Below are positions 24,882-28,386 of a stretch of DNA of 28,386 nucleotides, in pieces. The notes beneath the pieces are model-generated. The model searched no databases. It saw only the letters and a list, made by a program, of their open reading frames with translations, and was not told where the DNA came from. This DNA is from an uncultured Erysipelotrichaceae bacterium. Lineage in GTDB: Bacteria; Bacillota_I; Bacilli_A; Erysipelotrichales; Erysipelotrichaceae. The first letter of the stretch is position 1, and every line of letters starts with the position of its first letter. The stretch is taken from positions 1 through 28,386 of the forward strand of contig CADBPB010000225.1 of the NCBI GenBank assembly GCA_902796525.1, read 5' to 3'. The translations under genes and the position numbers were made by a program.

Positions 24882-26243
24882 CTATGCCTGTTTCGCTTCC
24901 CTCAAGCCATGTTCCAGGACCCATCCGGAACTGTAGAAATAGACCGTTGCCAGGATGCCGGCCATCGCATGACCGAACGCTGTCGCGCAATACAGGATAT
25001 GCACATCGTAGAACAGTTTCAGTCCGATCGTAACAAACAGGATCTTGCAGATGCACTGGCCGAAAATGGCGATATACATCGGATAACGCACATTCCCTGC
25101 GCCGCGGCAGGCTCCGTTATAGATGTGAGAATAATTGATGAAAAAGATTCCGAACAGCGCAAATCGGACCATGTTCGTTCCGTAGTAGACCGCTTCCTGA
25201 TCATCGCTGAATCGGGACACGAGCACAGGAGCCAGAATCGCGATGATCGCAATCGACAGGATCGTAAAGGCGGTCGAAATGCGTGCGCTTTCTTTGATCG
25301 ATTCACGCGCCCTGTCATATTTCTGCGCGCCAAGATTCTGCGCCACCAGAGACATGGTCGCATTGGACACGGAAACGGAAAACAGCTGGGCCCAGTTGGC
25401 GACCTTTTCACCTACTCCTATGCCTGCGATGACCGGATAAGGAAATTCATTGACTCTTGACTGGACCAGGATGGATCCGATCGCGATCAGCATGTTCTGG
25501 AATCCTGCCGGGATCCCAAGCCTGCAGATCTCGAGAACCGTCTCGAAACTGAATTCGATATTCTTGAAATCGAAGTCCACTCCTTCATACGTCAGCATCA
25601 GTCTCAACGCCAGAATATCCATCGTGAACTGAGAGACGATGGTAGCGATCGCCGTACCGATCACATTGAGATGGAACACCCTTACCAGCAAGACTCCCAG
25701 AATGATGTTGATGATGGAACTGATGATGGAATAGTACAGCTGATGCTTCGTATCCCCGAAACTGCGGAGAATGAAGAAACACATCTGATAGGTCAGTACG
25801 GCGGTATTGCCTAAAAAATAGACCCTGAGATATTCGAAAGCGTCCTTGTAGATATCTCCGGTGATATTGCATATCTTCATCAGGAACGGCAGAAACAGTT
25901 CCGACAGCGCTGTAATGATGATGCCGCCGGCAATGCCGAATACGATTGCCGTATCCAAGGTCTTTTTCAGATTGTGCGAATCCTGTGCGCCATAGTATTT
26001 CGCAATCAGGATCCCCGCTCCCATTCCAAGTCCATAGAAAGCATAATTGAACACATTGCAGAGCCAGGTCGTGGCGCTGACGGCGCTCAACGCTTTCAGT
26101 GAAACATAATTGCCGACGATCAGGGAATTGGTGATATTATACAGTTCCGAAAAGATCATGGAGATAAAGATCGGCCATGAGAAACTGAAAATCAATTTCG
26201 GGATATTTCCCTCTGTAAGTGATGTTAGTTTGGTCTTTGCCAT
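24882..26243 (-). CDS. MATE family efflux transporter
   Basis: LTEGNIPKLIFSFSWP, NITNSLIVG, LRSFGDTK, GIGVGEKV, GACRGAG; about 12 TM. Confidence 0.93.
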   Translation of the reverse strand: MAKTKLTSLTEGNIPKLIFSFSWPIFISMIFSELYNITNSLIVGNYVSLKALSAVSATTWLCNVFNYAFYGLGMGAGILIAKYYGAQDSHNLKKTLDTAIVFGIAGGIIITALSELFLPFLMKICNITGDIYKDAFEYLRVYFLGNTAVLTYQMCFFILRSFGDTKHQLYYSIISSIINIILGVLLVRVFHLNVIGTAIATIVSQFTMDILALRLMLTYEGVDFDFKNIEFSFETVLEICRLGIPAGFQNMLIAIGSILVQSRVNEFPYPVIAGIGVGEKVANWAQLFSVSVSNATMSLVAQNLGAQKYDRARESIKESARISTAFTILSIAIIAILAPVLVSRFSDDQEAVYYGTNMVRFALFGIFFINYSHIYNGACRGAGNVRYPMYIAIFGQCICKILFVTIGLKLFYDVHILYCATAFGHAMAGILATVYFYSSGWVLEHGLREAKQA

Positions 26244-26992
26244 TACAGATTCCTGATCCTGTAGAAATACTTGTCTACCAGCCTGTCGTTGTGGTCGGCG
26301 CAGCTTTCGTCCATGAAGGCCATATGCCCGTTGTAGTAGACATCCGGCTCGAAGCCTCTCTGAACCAGGATCTCGACCATCTCCGTCAGGATGGCGTTCT
26401 GCAGATAGACGTTGGGGATGGTGGAGGTCGAACCGACCTTCATCGGAAAGTTCTCTATCTCCACGGCGGCATCGCCGATCAGGGAGCAGTTGTCCAGCAC
26501 GACATCCGCTACGTCCTTGAGCTTGACGCCGTCTTTATGCTTGGTCTTGAGGAAACCGGAGTATTCCACCGCAGTGATCGCGATGACCGGGATCCCCTTC
26601 TCTTTGGCTCTTAAGGCCGCATCCACGGGAGCGATGTTGTTTCCGGAATTGGAGACGACGATCATGCAGTCATTTGGCGTGATGCGATGATAGTCCACGA
26701 CCAGTTTCCCTATTCCGTAGGTGTTCTCGACGAAGTAGGACTTGGTGATCTCCTGGTTGCCCGTGGCGGAAGGCTCGAGCAGGGCGCAGTAGTTGGCCGG
26801 GGTGGCGGCCCTCCAGAAGGCGTCGTCCACCACCAGGTGGGAATGGCCTGTGCCGAAGCCGTAGATGATGCCGCCCTTCTCCGTGGTATCGGCCAGGATC
26901 TCTGCGGCCTTCATGATATTGTCCTTCTGGGTCGTCCTTACCTTCTCGACGACTTCATTGAGGATGCTGAAATAGTTCTCCCATGCTTTCAT
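26243..26992 (-). CDS. SIS-domain protein (sugar-phosphate isomerase-like)
   Basis: YGFGTGHSH, VVSNSGNN, IPVIAIT, DVVLDN....GDA, GSTST. Start moved to 26992 (GAGGT SD). Confidence 0.88.
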   Translation of the reverse strand: MKAWENYFSILNEVVEKVRTTQKDNIMKAAEILADTTEKGGIIYGFGTGHSHLVVDDAFWRAATPANYCALLEPSATGNQEITKSYFVENTYGIGKLVVDYHRITPNDCMIVVSNSGNNIAPVDAALRAKEKGIPVIAITAVEYSGFLKTKHKDGVKLKDVADVVLDNCSLIGDAAVEIENFPMKVGSTSTIPNVYLQNAILTEMVEILVQRGFEPDVYYNGHMAFMDESCADHNDRLVDKYFYRIRNL

Positions 26993-27002
26993 AGTTACCT
27001 CA

Positions 27003-28007
27003 TCAATAGTTCGTCCAGTCAAAGACGATGCTGTTTGTCTGATTCTTGTTGTACATCAGGTCGTAATAAGCCTGCTGGCATTCGTTGGGATCGATGATCC
27101 TGGTGATCATCTTTGTGACATCGATATCGTTTTTCAACAGATCGCAGGCGATCTGAAAATTACGCAGCATGCTGTCATTGCTTCCCGGGACAGGGGTCAC
27201 ATTGACTGTCTTATTGAAGGCACCGATGACTTTGATATCTTTCATATGGATATTGGACAGGAAAGGCATGAGATCCGTCTCATAGCTCTGCCTTGGCGAA
27301 CCAAGCAGCAGGACCTGTCCGTAATTGCGTACGGCAGCGACCGCATCGACGATCACGTTTGCCAGCCCGGTCACATCCACGCAGATATCGATCCCATCCG
27401 GATATGTTTCCTTTAAGTACTCCAGCTGATCTTTTTCGCTTACGGCATGTTCCACGCCCATGACTTTCGCCAGTTCGCAGCGGTTTTCAACGATATCCAG
27501 GCCAACGACTTCACAGCCCATTTTCTTATATAGCAAAGCGGTCAGTATCCCGATGTTGCCCAAACCGAATACCGCCACGCGATAGCCCAGCTTCACTTCG
27601 GTCAGATTGACGCCCTGTATCGCCACCAGCAGCAGATTGATCGCGGTAGCGCGGATCGGATCGAGATCTTCCGGTAATCTGATGATCATCGGGCCCTGTA
27701 CGTCATTGCCGTTTTTCCACCGGACCAATGAAGCATGCGGTGCATTCACAAAGACCCGCTCTCCGATTTCCGCATCGATCTCTTTTCCTTTAGAAATGAT
27801 CCTTCCGACCATGCAGTAGCCCGGCCGTACCGGATACTTGAATCCCTGCTTCAAAGCGAAAGCTCTTGACAGTTCTGTTCCTGCGGAAATCATCGAATAC
27901 TCCGCTTTGATAATGGCTTCGTTTTCTTTCAGATCATTCGTATCGATCTCTTCGCAGTTCACATGCGATTCCCCGATCCCTGTCAGTTCTACAAAACTAC
28001 TCTTCAT
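27003..28007 (-). CDS. MDR-superfamily NAD-dependent oxidoreductase lacking the catalytic Zn ligands
   Basis: ISAGTE, PGY..VG, GLGNIG Rossmann motif, DVTG. Start moved to 28007 (GGAG SD). Confidence 0.85.
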   Translation of the reverse strand: MKSSFVELTGIGESHVNCEEIDTNDLKENEAIIKAEYSMISAGTELSRAFALKQGFKYPVRPGYCMVGRIISKGKEIDAEIGERVFVNAPHASLVRWKNGNDVQGPMIIRLPEDLDPIRATAINLLLVAIQGVNLTEVKLGYRVAVFGLGNIGILTALLYKKMGCEVVGLDIVENRCELAKVMGVEHAVSEKDQLEYLKETYPDGIDICVDVTGLANVIVDAVAAVRNYGQVLLLGSPRQSYETDLMPFLSNIHMKDIKVIGAFNKTVNVTPVPGSNDSMLRNFQIACDLLKNDIDVTKMITRIIDPNECQQAYYDLMYNKNQTNSIVFDWTNY

Positions 28008-28386
28008 TTCTATCTCCATAGATCGTCACATCGATTCCGGTATCTTTGATGTAGATCTCTTCCTTATATTTCGAAACCAGATAAGACACATAAAGATCGC
28101 CTGCGCATCCGCCGATATTGGTGACTTGCAGAAAAACAAGCGGCCAGTACAGCGTTCCATGAAACAGGATCAGCAGTATCGTAAAGAAGACCGTCCACAG
28201 CACAAATGGCGCCAGTGCGATCGCGATGTATGCTTTGGCACCGAAATAGTCCTCGCTGCTGCCTGCATAGGCGTACAATCCGGTAAAACCATATTTCACT
28301 TTCTGACCGCCGTAATATTTCATTACGACGCCATGCGTCAGCTCATGAAGAACCATATATACGATCATAGCGACACAGGTCAGAAG
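27997..28386 (-). CDS. DUF3267-family putative membrane zincin, 5'-truncated by the window edge
   Basis: HELTHG, YAYAG, IALAPFV, NIGGCAGDLY; frame stays open to position 28386. Confidence 0.82.
   Translation of the reverse strand, partial: LLTCVAMIVYMVLHELTHGVVMKYYGGQKVKYGFTGLYAYAGSSEDYFGAKAYIAIALAPFVLWTVFFTILLILFHGTLYWPLVFLQVTNIGGCAGDLYVSYLVSKYKEEIYIKDTGIDVTIYGDRNEE

Noticed and set aside
1633-28224. Six copies of GCGATCGC (1633, 3965, 9169, 11692, 23146, 28217) and abundant GATC/CGATCG, resembling cyanobacterial HIP1
   Set aside because: All six fall in-frame as GCG-ATC-GCN (Ala-Ile-Ala), so strong ATC/GCG codon preference explains them. A codon-preserving shuffle test would be needed to claim real enrichment.

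Overview
A 28.4-kb chromosomal window of roughly 48-50% GC (by eye) from a Firmicute (Bacillota). The gene set and style suggest an Erysipelotrichaceae-like anaerobe, but that is inference. Contents from left to right: tRNA-Arg(ACG); a GNAT acetyltransferase; a complete glycine-cleavage operon with lipoate ligase and dihydrolipoamide dehydrogenase (gcvT-H-PA-PB-lplA-lpdA), followed by a motif-altered PlsY paralog; a 48-aa membrane peptide missed by the ORF track; a DUF885 lipoprotein divergent from an orphan gene; a Nudix / P-loop kinase-pseudo-CYTH / pcrA operon divergent from an rRNA methyltransferase-like + RluA pair; EamA, patatin and a tandem-thioredoxin lipoprotein; a GlsB/YeaQ-type gene; a tsaC-CBS-PPase-nagA-DUF1146-membrane protein operon; and a DUF3267-MDR dehydrogenase-SIS-MATE-beta-repeat-DUF2200-DUF1905 cluster. 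I saw no IS element, prophage, integrase or CRISPR array. The most notable observations are: a CYTH domain that has lost its metal-binding glutamates, fused to an intact NadR/Ttd14-type kinase between a Nudix gene and pcrA; a 111-aa protein built from six 16-aa beta-hairpin repeats plus a C-terminal helix; repeated leaderless-promoter architecture; a PlsY paralog with altered catalytic motifs; and a compositionally foreign SIS gene seamlessly fitted into an operon. All family assignments come from motif recognition, not database searches.
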